Assembly (NCBI GenBank): GCA_027451365.1
Contig: DAIDJN010000042.1
Span: 15,866-79,865, forward strand
Direction of reading: 5' to 3'
From: Phycisphaerales bacterium
GTDB taxonomy: Bacteria > Planctomycetota > Phycisphaerae > WQYP01
Length of the DNA stretch: 64,000 bases
Part shown: in pieces, positions 10,162 through 20,423 of the stretch
Layout: every line of letters begins with the position of its first letter
How positions within the stretch are numbered: position 1 is the first letter of the stretch
The notes under the pieces: model-generated
Seen by the model: the letters and a program-made list of their open reading frames with translations, nothing else
Database searches by the model: none
What the model was told of the DNA's origin: nothing
Program-made: the position numbers and the translations under genes

Positions 10162-11565
10162 ATGGCGACGCTTGGCGTAATTGTTGGGAATCGAGGCTTT
10201 TTTCCTGCACACCTGTGCGAATCGGGGCGCAAAACAATCCTTCAGATTCTGGCGGATGAAAAAATAGATGTCGTGGCCATGCCGGTGGACCAGACCAAAT
10301 TCGGTGCCATTGAAAGTCATGCCGACGCCCGCAAATGCGCTGAACTTTTCAAACAGCATGCCGGCAAGATTGACGGAATTCTGGTAACGCTTCCCAACTT
10401 TGGCGACGAACGCGCCGTGGCCAACACCATCCGCTGGTCCGGCTTGAATGTGCCGGTGCTGGTTCACGCATTTCAGGATGATGGCGAAAAAATGACCATC
10501 AAGGACCGGCGCGACAGCTTCTGCGGAAAAATGTCCGTCTGCAATAACCTTAAGCAGTATGGCATTAAATATTCACTGACCAGCCTGCATACCATGAAAC
10601 CGGAGTCAGAGGAATTTCGAACGGACCTGCGGCGTTTTGCCGCCACCTGCAGTGTGGTCAACAAATTGCGCAATTGCCGCCTGGGTGCCATTGGCGCGCG
10701 ACCCGGTGCGTTTAACACGGTGCGTTACAGCGAAAAACTGCTGGAACGCGCGGGCATTACGGTGGAAACCCTGGACCTTTCCGAAGTGCTGGGCTGGACC
10801 GCCAAAATGACCGACCAGGAACCCGCCGTAAAGGCGAAACTTGCTGCCATTCAGAGTTATACAAACACTGGTTCAATTCCACAGTTGCCTATTATCAAAA
10901 TGGCCAAGCTGGGCGTGGCAATTGATCGCTGGGTCGCAGATAACGGATTGGTGGCCACGGCCATTCAATGCTGGACTTCGCTGGAGGAATTCTACGGCGT
11001 GGTTCCCTGCACCATCATGAGCATGATGTCCAATTCCCTTATGCCCAGTGGCTGTGAAACTGACATTGCCGGTGTGGTGGGCATGTATGCGCTTACCCTG
11101 GCCTCCGGCCGGCCGGCGGCACTCCTGGATTGGAATAACAACTACGGATCAGATCCCAACAAGGGCGTTGTGTTTCATTGTTCCAATCTGCCTAAAGATT
11201 TCTTCAGCAGCCAGAAAATGGACTACCAGGAAATTATCGCTGGAACTGTGGGCAAGGAAAATACCTTCGGAACCATTGTAGGCCGTGTGGCTCCCGGACC
11301 GTTTACCTATTGTCGCGTTTCCACCAACGATCTGGAAGGCCGTATAGCCGCGTATTTTGGTGAAGGTGAATTCACCGACGACAAACTCGACACATTCGGC
11401 GGCTACGGCGTCATTAAAGTGCCAAATTTCCAGAAGTTGCTGCATCATATCTGTGAACGTGGTTTTGAACATCATGTCGCCGCCACAAAGGCTCCCGTGG
11501 CTGCAATCCTGAAGGACGCTTTGGGAAATTACCTTGGATGGGATACTTACCTCCATTGCGGATAA
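10162..11565 (+). CDS. L-fucose/L-arabinose isomerase family protein
   Basis: NFGDE, RRDSFCGK, CETD, FHCSN, FEHHV motifs; directly upstream of araB-araD. Confidence 0.85.
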   Translation: MATLGVIVGNRGFFPAHLCESGRKTILQILADEKIDVVAMPVDQTKFGAIESHADARKCAELFKQHAGKIDGILVTLPNFGDERAVANTIRWSGLNVPVLVHAFQDDGEKMTIKDRRDSFCGKMSVCNNLKQYGIKYSLTSLHTMKPESEEFRTDLRRFAATCSVVNKLRNCRLGAIGARPGAFNTVRYSEKLLERAGITVETLDLSEVLGWTAKMTDQEPAVKAKLAAIQSYTNTGSIPQLPIIKMAKLGVAIDRWVADNGLVATAIQCWTSLEEFYGVVPCTIMSMMSNSLMPSGCETDIAGVVGMYALTLASGRPAALLDWNNNYGSDPNKGVVFHCSNLPKDFFSSQKMDYQEIIAGTVGKENTFGTIVGRVAPGPFTYCRVSTNDLEGRIAAYFGEGEFTDDKLDTFGGYGVIKVPNFQKLLHHICERGFEHHVAATKAPVAAILKDALGNYLGWDTYLHCG

Positions 11566-11609
11566 ATCGATTTTGCACAAGATTCTTTCGTTAATTCCGG
11601 AGGCTTTTA

Positions 11610-13298
11610 ATGGCCGGTAAATGTGTCATCGGGCTGGATTTTGGAACCAATTCCGTTCGCGCTCTGCTGGTGGATGTGAAACGGGGGACCGAGTTGGCCA
11701 TGAGTGTATGGAATTACGCCCATGGCGATCATGGCGTGATTCTGGATCCCCGTCAGCCGAATCTGGCCCGCCAGCATCCGCAGGATTACTTGACAGGCAT
11801 TGAAAAGACTGTCCGCGCAGTGTTGCGCCAGGCGGCAGGAATTCGCGGCTTCAGGCCGACCGATGTCATCGGCATCGGCGTGGACACCACCGGTTCAACC
11901 CCTCTGCCCGTGGATGCCATGGGCGAACCGCTCGCCTTTAATAAGGCTTTCGCCAAAGATCCCGCGGCCCTCGCCTGGCTGTGGAAAGATCACACCAGCC
12001 ACGTTGAAGCGGCGGAAATTACCGCCGCGGGAGGACAGTTGCGGCCGCAGTATCTGGCCAAATGTGGCGGCCGATATTCGTCGGAATGGTTCTGGGCCAA
12101 AATCCTTCGATGTGCTCGCGGCAATCCGAAAGTATTTGACGCCGCCCATACCTGGGTTGAAATTGCGGATTGGATACCCGCGCATCTTGCCGGCAACACG
12201 CATCCCTCCAGACTGCGGCGCGGCGTTTGCGCCGCTGGCCACAAGGCATTCTTTAATCCGAATTGGGGCGGTTATGGCGATCCGGATTTTTTCCGTTCAT
12301 TGGATGAACGGCTGGTCCGGATTTGGCAGAGTCTGCCCGCAAAAACATACAACAACGCCGATTCCGCGGGGCAGCTTAGTCCGGCCTGGGCAGTGCGACT
12401 GGGCCTGCCGGCGGGAATTACCATCGGCATCGGCGCCTTTGACTGTCATTATGGCGCAATTGGCGCCGGAATAACCGCCAACACGCTGGTTAAAATTATT
12501 GGCACCTCCACCTGCGATATTATGGTGGCCCCCATGAATCGCGATCTGCCGGATATTCCCGGTTTGTGCGGCATTGTGCCGGAATCTGTGTTGCCCGAAT
12601 TTTTTGGTTTAGAGGCGGGCCAATCCGCCGTCGGTGATATTTTCAATTGGTTTGTCAATGGCCTCCAGCCAGGCGGAGCAAAAAAAGGTTCTTATGCCGC
12701 TCTTACCGCTGGCGCTCAAAAGCTCAAGCCCGGCGAAAGCGGACTGCTTTCGCTGGACTGGCACAATGGCAACCGGACGATTCTGGTGGATCAGCGGCTT
12801 ACCGGACTGACACTGGGGCTTACACTGCATTCCACACCGGCCGAAATATATCGAAGCCTGATTGAATCCACCGCGTTTGGCGCGCGGGCTATTATGGAAC
12901 GCTTTGAAGAATTCGGCGTGAAGGTGGATCGCGTAGTCAATTGCGGCGGCATTGCAGCTAAAAATCCGCTGGTCATGCAGATTTATGCCGACATCATGGG
13001 CCGACCGGTCGCCATTTCCCGCAGCACACAAACCTGTGCCCTTGGCGCGGCGATTGGCGCGGCGGTCGCCGCTGGAAAAGAAAAAGGCGGGCACGCGCAT
13101 TTTGCCGGTGCGGTGAAGGCCATGACCGCCGATCAGAAAAAGGTATTCAAGCCTTCCACGGCGAATATGGAACTCTATAACCGACTTTATGCCCTTTACC
13201 GGAAAATGCATGATGCCTTTGGAATCAGCGGCCATGCGGCGGACCTTTCCGGTGTGATGAAAGACCTGCTGAATATTCGCGATGAGGTTAGAAAATAA
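11610..13298 (+). CDS. araB: Ribulokinase
   Basis: GLDFGTNSVRA, GVDTTGSTPLP, WKDHTS, YSSEWFWAK, LEAGQSAVGD, DWHNGNRT. Confidence 0.94.
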   Translation: MAGKCVIGLDFGTNSVRALLVDVKRGTELAMSVWNYAHGDHGVILDPRQPNLARQHPQDYLTGIEKTVRAVLRQAAGIRGFRPTDVIGIGVDTTGSTPLPVDAMGEPLAFNKAFAKDPAALAWLWKDHTSHVEAAEITAAGGQLRPQYLAKCGGRYSSEWFWAKILRCARGNPKVFDAAHTWVEIADWIPAHLAGNTHPSRLRRGVCAAGHKAFFNPNWGGYGDPDFFRSLDERLVRIWQSLPAKTYNNADSAGQLSPAWAVRLGLPAGITIGIGAFDCHYGAIGAGITANTLVKIIGTSTCDIMVAPMNRDLPDIPGLCGIVPESVLPEFFGLEAGQSAVGDIFNWFVNGLQPGGAKKGSYAALTAGAQKLKPGESGLLSLDWHNGNRTILVDQRLTGLTLGLTLHSTPAEIYRSLIESTAFGARAIMERFEEFGVKVDRVVNCGGIAAKNPLVMQIYADIMGRPVAISRSTQTCALGAAIGAAVAAGKEKGGHAHFAGAVKAMTADQKKVFKPSTANMELYNRLYALYRKMHDAFGISGHAADLSGVMKDLLNIRDEVRK

Positions 13299-14002
13299 TG
13301 GCCTATGATCAACTCAAGGCGGATGTCTGCCGCGTGAATCAGGAACTGGTGGCCGCGGGCCTGGTGGTGTTGACCTGGGGCAACGCCAGCGGAGCGGACC
13401 GTGCGTCGGGCGTCATGGCTATTAAGCCCAGTGGTGTTCCATACGACCGGCTTACGCCAGGTGATATTGTTGTGCTTTCTCTGGAGACCGGAAAACAGAT
13501 TGACGGCCGCGGACGACCTTCATCTGATACAGCTACACATCTTCATTTATACCGCCATTTTCCGGCGGCCAACGGCATCGTGCATACCCATTCCGATTAT
13601 GCCACCAGCTTTGCGCAGGCCGGCGCGGACATTCCATGTCTGGGCACCACCCATGCGGACAATTTTCATGGCACCATTCCATGCACGCGGGATCTGACCG
13701 GGCCGGAAATTCAAACAGAATATGAGCTTAATACCGGTCGGGTGATTGTCGAATGCTTCCAGACTCGCAAGATTGACCCGGCCAATGTGCCGGGAGTGGT
13801 GGTGAAAAGCCACGCCCCGTTTACCTGGGGTTCAACACCCGCCAAGGCGCTGGAAAATGCGATTGTGCTGGAATTCGCCGCCAAAATGTGCCTTCAGACC
13901 CATGCGATCCTTCCGGGTGTTTCGCCCATCGGCGGCACTCTGCTGGATAAGCACTTTTTCCGCAAACATGGCCCCACGGCGACCTACGGCCAGACCAAAT
14001 AA
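13298..14002 (+). CDS. araD: L-ribulose-5-phosphate 4-epimerase
   Basis: TWGNASG, IKPSGV, PSSDTATH, HTHS, GTTHAD, KHGPTATYGQ; overlaps the araB stop (TAATG). Confidence 0.95.
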   Translation: MAYDQLKADVCRVNQELVAAGLVVLTWGNASGADRASGVMAIKPSGVPYDRLTPGDIVVLSLETGKQIDGRGRPSSDTATHLHLYRHFPAANGIVHTHSDYATSFAQAGADIPCLGTTHADNFHGTIPCTRDLTGPEIQTEYELNTGRVIVECFQTRKIDPANVPGVVVKSHAPFTWGSTPAKALENAIVLEFAAKMCLQTHAILPGVSPIGGTLLDKHFFRKHGPTATYGQTK

Positions 14003-14217
14003 CCCGCGATGCCTCGGCAAATAACCGACGGCCCCCAATGCGCCAGCCAACTGATCGCACAAGAAGGCAACGCGGCCTTATCCCGGCCTGACCTGCCGAT
14101 TTATTAGTCGATTTCACCCTGTTTCTGACCCGCCATGAAAAATATGGTATTCTGGACTGGGGCGGAATTGGCCAACAGGCCCGGATTTTCTCCTCCATTA
14201 TTGCCGGGGGTTAAACC

Positions 14218-15495
14218 ATGCATTCCATTCGGAAGATCAAGCGATTGCCCGTTATCAAATCGACGCCGGCCGGGGCGGGTAAAAGCCCGCCGGTCATTTT
14301 AACCGTCAACGGTGGATCCTCCAGTATTAAATTCGCGGTTTATCCAGCCAAGAAGAAAAATTCCGACGACCGGCCGCTGCTTTATGGCAACATGGACGGT
14401 ATCGGCACAGACCGCGTTGAATTGCAAACCTTTGATGCGCGATCGCAATTACTTGATACCAAACAGTTGAGCGGACGGAACCACCAGAAGGCCGCGGCCA
14501 TTCTGACCGATTTTCTGCGTGCTACGCCGTATGGCGAGCGAATCGCCGCGGTGGGCCACCGGGTGGTGCATGGAGGCATTCGCCTGAACCGCCATACGGT
14601 CATTACCGCGAAAGTGATGGCGGAACTCGAAATAAGTGTGCCGCTGGATCTGGCCCATTTGCCACGTGAAATTGTGTTGATCCAAGCCATGACCAAAGCA
14701 TTTCCCGCGGCGATTCAGGTTGCGTGCCTGGACACCGCGTTTCATCGGAATCTGCCGCGTGTGGCGCGGTTATTGCCGATTCCGCGCAGTCTTGGCCGCG
14801 CGGGAATCCGCCGATTCGGGTTTCATGGACTTTCCTACAGTTTCCTGATGGAAGAACTGCAAAGAATCTCGCCCGCCCGCGCACGCGGACGGGTTATTCT
14901 GGCGCATCTTGGATCCGGCGCGAGCCTGGCGTCGGTAAATGCCGGAAGGCCGGTGGATACCACCATGGGATTTACGCCAACGGCCGGTTTGATTATGGCC
15001 ACCCGTCCGGGCGATATGGATCCCGGACTGCTGGTGCATTTAATGCGGCGGATTCCGCTGACACCGGCGGCCGCGGACAGATTTATCAATGAAGACTGCG
15101 GCTTGCGGGGAATTTCCGGCCGTACCGGCGACATGCGGCAACTGCATCAGTTGGCATCGCATAGCCCATCATGCCGGGATGCAATTCAGGCGTTTTGTCA
15201 GCGGGCGCGTGCGGCGATAGCTGGTTTGGCCGCGGGTATGGGGGGATTGGATGTTCTGGTATTTTCCGGCGGAATTGGTGAACACGACGCCGCGGTACGT
15301 CGCGATATATGTGCGGGATTGGAATTTATTGGTATTCGCCTGAATGCAGAGGCGAATCGCAAACACCGGCAGGCGATCTCCGCCGCCAATGCGGGCGTGC
15401 TGACTTTTATGATTCCCACCGACGAACAGAAGATGATCGCCCGAATTGTCCGCAAGCTGGCCGTAGCCGCCCTAAGCAACCGCCGTCGTAAATAA
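14218..15495 (+). CDS. ackA: Acetate/propionate kinase
   Basis: NGGSSSIKF, GHRVVHGG, DTAFH, FGFHGLSY, HLGSGAS, TTMGFTP, FSGGIGE, TDE. Confidence 0.92.
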   Translation: MHSIRKIKRLPVIKSTPAGAGKSPPVILTVNGGSSSIKFAVYPAKKKNSDDRPLLYGNMDGIGTDRVELQTFDARSQLLDTKQLSGRNHQKAAAILTDFLRATPYGERIAAVGHRVVHGGIRLNRHTVITAKVMAELEISVPLDLAHLPREIVLIQAMTKAFPAAIQVACLDTAFHRNLPRVARLLPIPRSLGRAGIRRFGFHGLSYSFLMEELQRISPARARGRVILAHLGSGASLASVNAGRPVDTTMGFTPTAGLIMATRPGDMDPGLLVHLMRRIPLTPAAADRFINEDCGLRGISGRTGDMRQLHQLASHSPSCRDAIQAFCQRARAAIAGLAAGMGGLDVLVFSGGIGEHDAAVRRDICAGLEFIGIRLNAEANRKHRQAISAANAGVLTFMIPTDEQKMIARIVRKLAVAALSNRRRK

Positions 15496-15746
15496 GTTCA
15501 GCCACCGGCTGCAAATTCGTAAGATTCAACGATTTGTCCCAGCACGATCCAGTACCACAGCAGTGCCTGTATGACGAACCGCGTCTTTACGGTGCTCTGA
15601 AAATTTGCGGATCTGTTGTCGTCACAAGCATATCAAGAATGATGATGACAATGGAACCAAATGCAATGCGGAAGGCGTTCGGACGGCATTGGCACACACG
15701 CGTCTGGTCGGCTGTTGCCACCGGCACCCAACAGCTTCGGGGGACA

Positions 15747-16250
15747 TTATTCGTCGCCGGAAGGACCATACATGCCCGGCACCGGGATGTCATTGAGACG
15801 CAAATAAACACACACTATCGCGCGATGGTGAATGATGTGGCTGATGACAAAGCCACGGATGACGGCGGCCTTTGGCATCGCCAGCATCGGTATTCCCGCT
15901 TTCAGCAGTGTCCAGGTGTCATTGATCCGCTCGTCTTTGACTGCCGCAATTGCATTCCGCGCCGCGGCGAGGTTATGGTCGAAAAGTTCGACGATTTCCT
16001 TTCGGCTGGCCAGTGACGGTACTTGGTAGCGTGGGCCGCCAACCGGGGCAATATCCAACTGCTGCATTGTCAACACCGGCACCGGCCAGTGCACCATATC
16101 CGCAATGTGATTGGCATTCCAGCCTATGGTGTGCGATTTGGGATGGGCCTGCCAGTTGAGTCTATCATCGGGAATGCGTTCAAGCGCTTTGCGCGTGTTG
16201 GCCATTTCCTGATCAAACTCCGGCAGAATGGATTGGGCGTAAGTCATCAT
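15747..16250 (-). CDS. DinB/YfiT family protein
   Basis: HIA...HIIHHRA His motif and C-terminal VPGMYGPS. Confidence 0.88.
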   Translation of the reverse strand: MMTYAQSILPEFDQEMANTRKALERIPDDRLNWQAHPKSHTIGWNANHIADMVHWPVPVLTMQQLDIAPVGGPRYQVPSLASRKEIVELFDHNLAAARNAIAAVKDERINDTWTLLKAGIPMLAMPKAAVIRGFVISHIIHHRAIVCVYLRLNDIPVPGMYGPSGDE

Positions 16251-16367
16251 GATCTCCAAAATAAACTCAGATTGCAGAACACTATTCTTGCGTCCACACA
16301 TTTTAAGGTGGCCTCTGAACCGGACCATGCGACAAGCGGGAATCCGGCCGGACGAAGGAACCCAGGT

Positions 16368-17225
16368 TCAATGTGTGTCACGCTGATATACACGCACATA
16401 TTTAATTTCATATTTAGCCGGCAAGGCATGGCCATCCAATGGGCCACCCCAGCCGCCCATTGCCAGATTCATAATCAGAAACATCGGTTTGCGAAACGGA
16501 TTGTCCGGGCCTTTTCCCGCGGCGTCGACATTGAAGGTGAAGTACTTTTTACCATCCACATACATTTTAATATGGCGGCTGGACCAGTCCGTTCGGTAGG
16601 TGTGGAATTTGGCGGCCGCTGAAGAACCAAGCTTAAATGTGTGATATGCGGATTGATGCCCCGTGGTTTTTGTTGCCCAGTGCACCGTTCCATGAATGAT
16701 TCGGGCTTGGCGTCCCAGCCATTCCATAATGTCAATTTCACCACAGCGCGGCCAGCCCACTTTTGAAATATCGGTTCCCAGCATCCAGAATGCCGGCCAC
16801 ATTCCACGACCCGCGGGCAATTTGGCGCGAATTTCAAAGCGGCCATATTTCCAGCTTTCTTTACCTTCGGTGGTTAAACTCGCCGAGGTGTACCGCGTCC
16901 ATTTGCGGTCATTTTGCCAGCCTTTGGCACCGGGCCGATAGGCCGCGTTGCGTACCCGCTGCCGGCGGGCTTCAATAATCAGCATGTCATTTCGTACCAC
17001 GGCGTTGGCGGGCCGGTAATATTGCAGTTCATGATTGCGGACGAATCCGTGTTCGTAATTCCATTTTGCCGCGTCAGGACGCCCGGGCTTGCGGAAGTTA
17101 TCCTGCCAGACAAGATGCCACCCGGCCGCCGCCGCGGTCGGTGCCGCAGTGGCGTGCTTGATGGTCATCAGTCGGCTTCCGCCAAGCAGTGCCAGCGCAC
17201 ACATGAAAGCAGGAAGCTTTTTCAT
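16368..17225 (-). CDS. Secreted glycoside hydrolase family 16 (beta-1,3-glucanase/laminarinase-like)
   Basis: GEIDIME catalytic motif, WPAFWMLG, NHELQYY, signal peptide. Confidence 0.93.
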   Translation of the reverse strand: MKKLPAFMCALALLGGSRLMTIKHATAAPTAAAAGWHLVWQDNFRKPGRPDAAKWNYEHGFVRNHELQYYRPANAVVRNDMLIIEARRQRVRNAAYRPGAKGWQNDRKWTRYTSASLTTEGKESWKYGRFEIRAKLPAGRGMWPAFWMLGTDISKVGWPRCGEIDIMEWLGRQARIIHGTVHWATKTTGHQSAYHTFKLGSSAAAKFHTYRTDWSSRHIKMYVDGKKYFTFNVDAAGKGPDNPFRKPMFLIMNLAMGGWGGPLDGHALPAKYEIKYVRVYQRDTH

Positions 17226-17268
17226 ACCGGTCCTTTCGGGCGTTGGCGCACATGAAAACGCGGGTATT

Positions 17269-17928
17269 TTACCAGTTCAAACTCGGCGGCCTGCCAATCA
17301 GGGAACGGACCCGTTTGTCAATAATCTGCATCCGCTTCTGCTGGCGGTCCTTCAGGTCGGCGCGCAGGGTGTCGATGCGGCGCAGCAGGCGGTTTAGCTC
17401 ATGCGTGCGTATTTTCTGCCGCACGTCGAACTGGTCGGTGACCACGCGCACCAGCCGGACGCGAAGTTTTTCAGATTCAGCCGCGGGCAGGCCGGGCTGG
17501 CGCAATTCACCGGCGATCCGGAACGACTTGTGGGTGTCGGCGATATCCTGAAGGGTCAGGTTGAAGAGCTTGGGGTCATGTTTCTGAAGGTGTTCAAGCC
17601 AGCGGAAATTGGGTGCAGCTTCGCTGATCAGTTTTACAAATTTATGGGGGTGCGAATGCCGAAGCGCGGTTGCCTTTTGATACACATCCGGCTGCGTTCG
17701 CTGAAGAAACTGCATGATCCGTTCTATCTGGTCAGGATTCAGACGAATGACCGGTTTGGAAGTATCGGTGGCCCGCGGATGGGCAGGTGGAATATTGGCC
17801 GACAAACACACGGGCAGCGTCAAAATTCCCGCGCAAGCGGCAACACCAACCAGCGCGATCTTTCGCGGCCATATAAACCGGTTACAGCGAATCGGGGAAA
17901 TCCATTTTGGGAAAGAAAATTGTGGCAT
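17269..17928 (-). CDS. Hypothetical exported helical protein downstream of ECF/anti-sigma pair
   Basis: Hydrophobic signal-like segment, Pro-rich linker, helical/coiled-coil body; AGGAG RBS before ATG 17928. Confidence 0.65.
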   Translation of the reverse strand: MPQFSFPKWISPIRCNRFIWPRKIALVGVAACAGILTLPVCLSANIPPAHPRATDTSKPVIRLNPDQIERIMQFLQRTQPDVYQKATALRHSHPHKFVKLISEAAPNFRWLEHLQKHDPKLFNLTLQDIADTHKSFRIAGELRQPGLPAAESEKLRVRLVRVVTDQFDVRQKIRTHELNRLLRRIDTLRADLKDRQQKRMQIIDKRVRSLIGRPPSLNW

Positions 17929-18259
17929 CGGGCTTCTCCTGTGGGCGAAATGTAACGCCAATTATAAATTGTGCAAGGCTGTTCAAAAATTCTGGAAATC
18001 ACCGCCGCCGAAAGCCGTTGCCATCCGGCCATCGGCGGAACGCCCAACGCCAGCAGGTATCCGCCGAAGGAAAAAAGGACGCCTGATTGCCCGTTTGAGA
18101 TTTCAGGTTTCAGAATTCATTTTTATTACAGCCGGCGCACAGCGTGCGGGGCAACCTTACAATTCACACTTGAAATATCAAATACCCAATCAACTGGTTG
18201 CCGGTGGCCAAATTAAACGGTTCGTCGCCGCGGGTGGCTTAAATGGGCCGTGGGGGAGA

Positions 18260-18886
18260 TTAATATCCGGAATCGCCCGGGGCGGGGACCGAATCGGTTG
18301 CATGCACGGAATCCAGGGCGTCCAGCAGATTCATCATGTGGGAATTGCCGACATTGCCTTCAGCTGAAATTCCGCCTGACTGTTCCAGACGCGAAATGCG
18401 CCGAGCCAGGGTATCCACACGCGATTTTCCTTCACCCGGCAGTTGCGTCTGGGCAACTTCCTGAAAAGTATTTTCCGCATCGATAATGCGCTGGCGGTGT
18501 GCCAACTGCCGCTCATGAACGATATAAACACCGGCGGCCACCACCAAGGCCGCGGCCACGCCGGAGGCGGCTGCCATAAAGCCGTAAAAGACACGAGCCA
18601 GCTTAGCCTGCCGCTGGGCCTTGCGCTGCTGGTCGAGGGATTGATGAATGCCCTTCTTGATATTGGCGGCAATGCGGGCTTTGGAAACCTGGTCGAGTTG
18701 ATCCTCAATCTTCGGCAGAGATTGAAGCATGGCGAAGCGGCCGCGCACCAGTTCATACTCCAAATGGGCCGCCGGGTAGGTTGCAACATGCTGTTGCAGA
18801 TGTTCCCGAGCCTTGGGTCCCAATTCCCCTGAAACATCAAGTAAACAGGTTTGGGACAGGCTTAAATGTTTATTGGGGCGTTTCAT
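18260..18886 (-). CDS. Single-pass membrane protein, probable anti-sigma factor
   Basis: Overlaps the ECF sigma 3' end; N-terminal anti-sigma-like domain (GEL...LQQHV), one TM helix, short C-terminal domain. Confidence 0.7.
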   Translation of the reverse strand: MKRPNKHLSLSQTCLLDVSGELGPKAREHLQQHVATYPAAHLEYELVRGRFAMLQSLPKIEDQLDQVSKARIAANIKKGIHQSLDQQRKAQRQAKLARVFYGFMAAASGVAAALVVAAGVYIVHERQLAHRQRIIDAENTFQEVAQTQLPGEGKSRVDTLARRISRLEQSGGISAEGNVGNSHMMNLLDALDSVHATDSVPAPGDSGY

Positions 18887-19460
18887 GGCCAACCTCCATC
18901 AGCACGCGTAATTTACCCAAAGCCCGATGCGCTCTGGCCAGCACGGTGCCCAACGGACAATCCAGTGTTTTGGCAATTTCCTTAAACGGCATATCTCCAT
19001 AGTGCCGCAACAACAATACCTGCCGATCCAGTTCGGGCAGTTTTTCCATGGCCGTATATAGACGGTCCAGATGCTCCTTGTGTTCCAGCGGAGCTTCGGG
19101 GCTGCCGCTTTTGCCGGGCATGGAATCTATCAGATCGACCATCTGATCGCCAACGCCGACATTTCCGGAACGCACCGGATGACGGGAAGCCGAGCGGCTG
19201 TTGTCGCGCACCAGATTTACCAGAATGCGGAACAGCCACGCCTCAAACTTTCCCTGATCCTCATAACGTTCCAGCTTTTGCACGACCCGCAGAAAAGTTT
19301 CCTGCACCAGGTCGTTGGCCAGTTCGTTGCTGCGCGTCGCCTGTACGGCATAGCTGTACAGCCGCTGCCAATATTGTTCAACCAGCGCGTCCCATGCGCC
19401 TCTGTCACCATTGCGGCACTGCAAAACCAGGGCGGCAAGGGTTCTGGCATCCATAACCAT
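18870..19460 (-). CDS. ECF-family RNA polymerase sigma factor
   Basis: Region 2 (DLVQETFLR, FEAWLFRI) and region 4 (FKEIAKTLDCPLGTVLARAHRA). Confidence 0.94.
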   Translation of the reverse strand: MVMDARTLAALVLQCRNGDRGAWDALVEQYWQRLYSYAVQATRSNELANDLVQETFLRVVQKLERYEDQGKFEAWLFRILVNLVRDNSRSASRHPVRSGNVGVGDQMVDLIDSMPGKSGSPEAPLEHKEHLDRLYTAMEKLPELDRQVLLLRHYGDMPFKEIAKTLDCPLGTVLARAHRALGKLRVLMEVGHETPQ

Positions 19461-19808
19461 TCCTGTTTCTTAACGCGGTTGATAACCGTCTATTGCCGAA
19501 ATTCGCGGGGATTCGGGCATCCGTGCCTGACGCGCCGTCGAATTCTCTATATTTGGTCGCAGAACGTTCCGCAGCCAACACTATAAAAAGCCATTCTCCC
19601 AGTTTTCCGCCCAATACGGCGTTAGACTGTTCGCTTTCCATATCAAGCAGCTCAATTATCGCGGATTTTGCACGCATTACAAACTCGTGCGCAAAAATGG
19701 ATTTTTTTCGTGAAAATGGAATGAGTGGTTGTATGATATTCGCGTTTGCGTTATGCCTGATCAATTGTAAATTGCCGGCAGAAGATAGCAGGAGTTTACT
19801 GGGAATTG

Positions 19809-20147
19809 TTAAGGTGCAAAGGCTGCGTAATCAGGGGGATAATAGATCAGTTCCAGCACGTTGCCCGCGGGGTCTGATAAATAGATGCCTTGTGTGCCAT
19901 CCCGATGTGTCTTAATTGTTAGATTATGACGTGCCGCAGCCGCCTGCAGGTCTTCCAGAGTGGCTCGCAGCGCCACATGAGCCGGATGCTGGCTCGGCTG
20001 CACCAGAGCAAGTTTGCCTTGACCCAGGCGTAAAAAGGCCCAGGTTTTGTCTTGGTAAAGAATTTCAGCTCCGAACTGGCGAACATAAAATTCCGCGGTT
20101 GCGGGAATATCCGTTGTTTGAATTGCGACATGGTCCAGCGCGAACAT
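19809..20147 (-). CDS. VOC/glyoxalase family protein
   Basis: LDHVAI, HVAL, YLSDPAGNVLEL; AGGAG RBS. Confidence 0.9.
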   Translation of the reverse strand: MFALDHVAIQTTDIPATAEFYVRQFGAEILYQDKTWAFLRLGQGKLALVQPSQHPAHVALRATLEDLQAAAARHNLTIKTHRDGTQGIYLSDPAGNVLELIYYPPDYAAFAP

Positions 20148-20423
20148 TTTACAATCTCCTGAAAAGGCCATACGAGTCATGAACATTTTAGCCGTTGAAA
20201 TGCGGATTCGGAAAGATGCGTCAATTTACACCGGGCAAAGGGCCGATTAAACTAAATGGATGAGAGCTTCTGATGCAGCCGACGGCTTGCGACTCTCTGA
20301 CCGCCCAAAGTTAGCCAGAGCAGCCCGGTCCGGCGTCGGCGAAATCCGGGGACTGCCTTTCGGCGGATATGGTTGGCGTGTTGTTCAGGCAACGAGTCCT
20401 GTTTTTTCTTGGCGGATTTCTTA

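Noticed and set aside
15500..15745. Hydrophobic peptide stretches in two minus-strand frames, suggesting a frameshifted membrane-protein remnant
   Set aside because: There is no start, RBS or recognisable family; the signal is too weak without BLASTX.
20221..20420. GC-rich, possibly structured leader upstream of the O-antigen ligase-like gene
   Set aside because: I could not match it to c-di-GMP, fluoride or other riboswitch consensus, or to an ops element.
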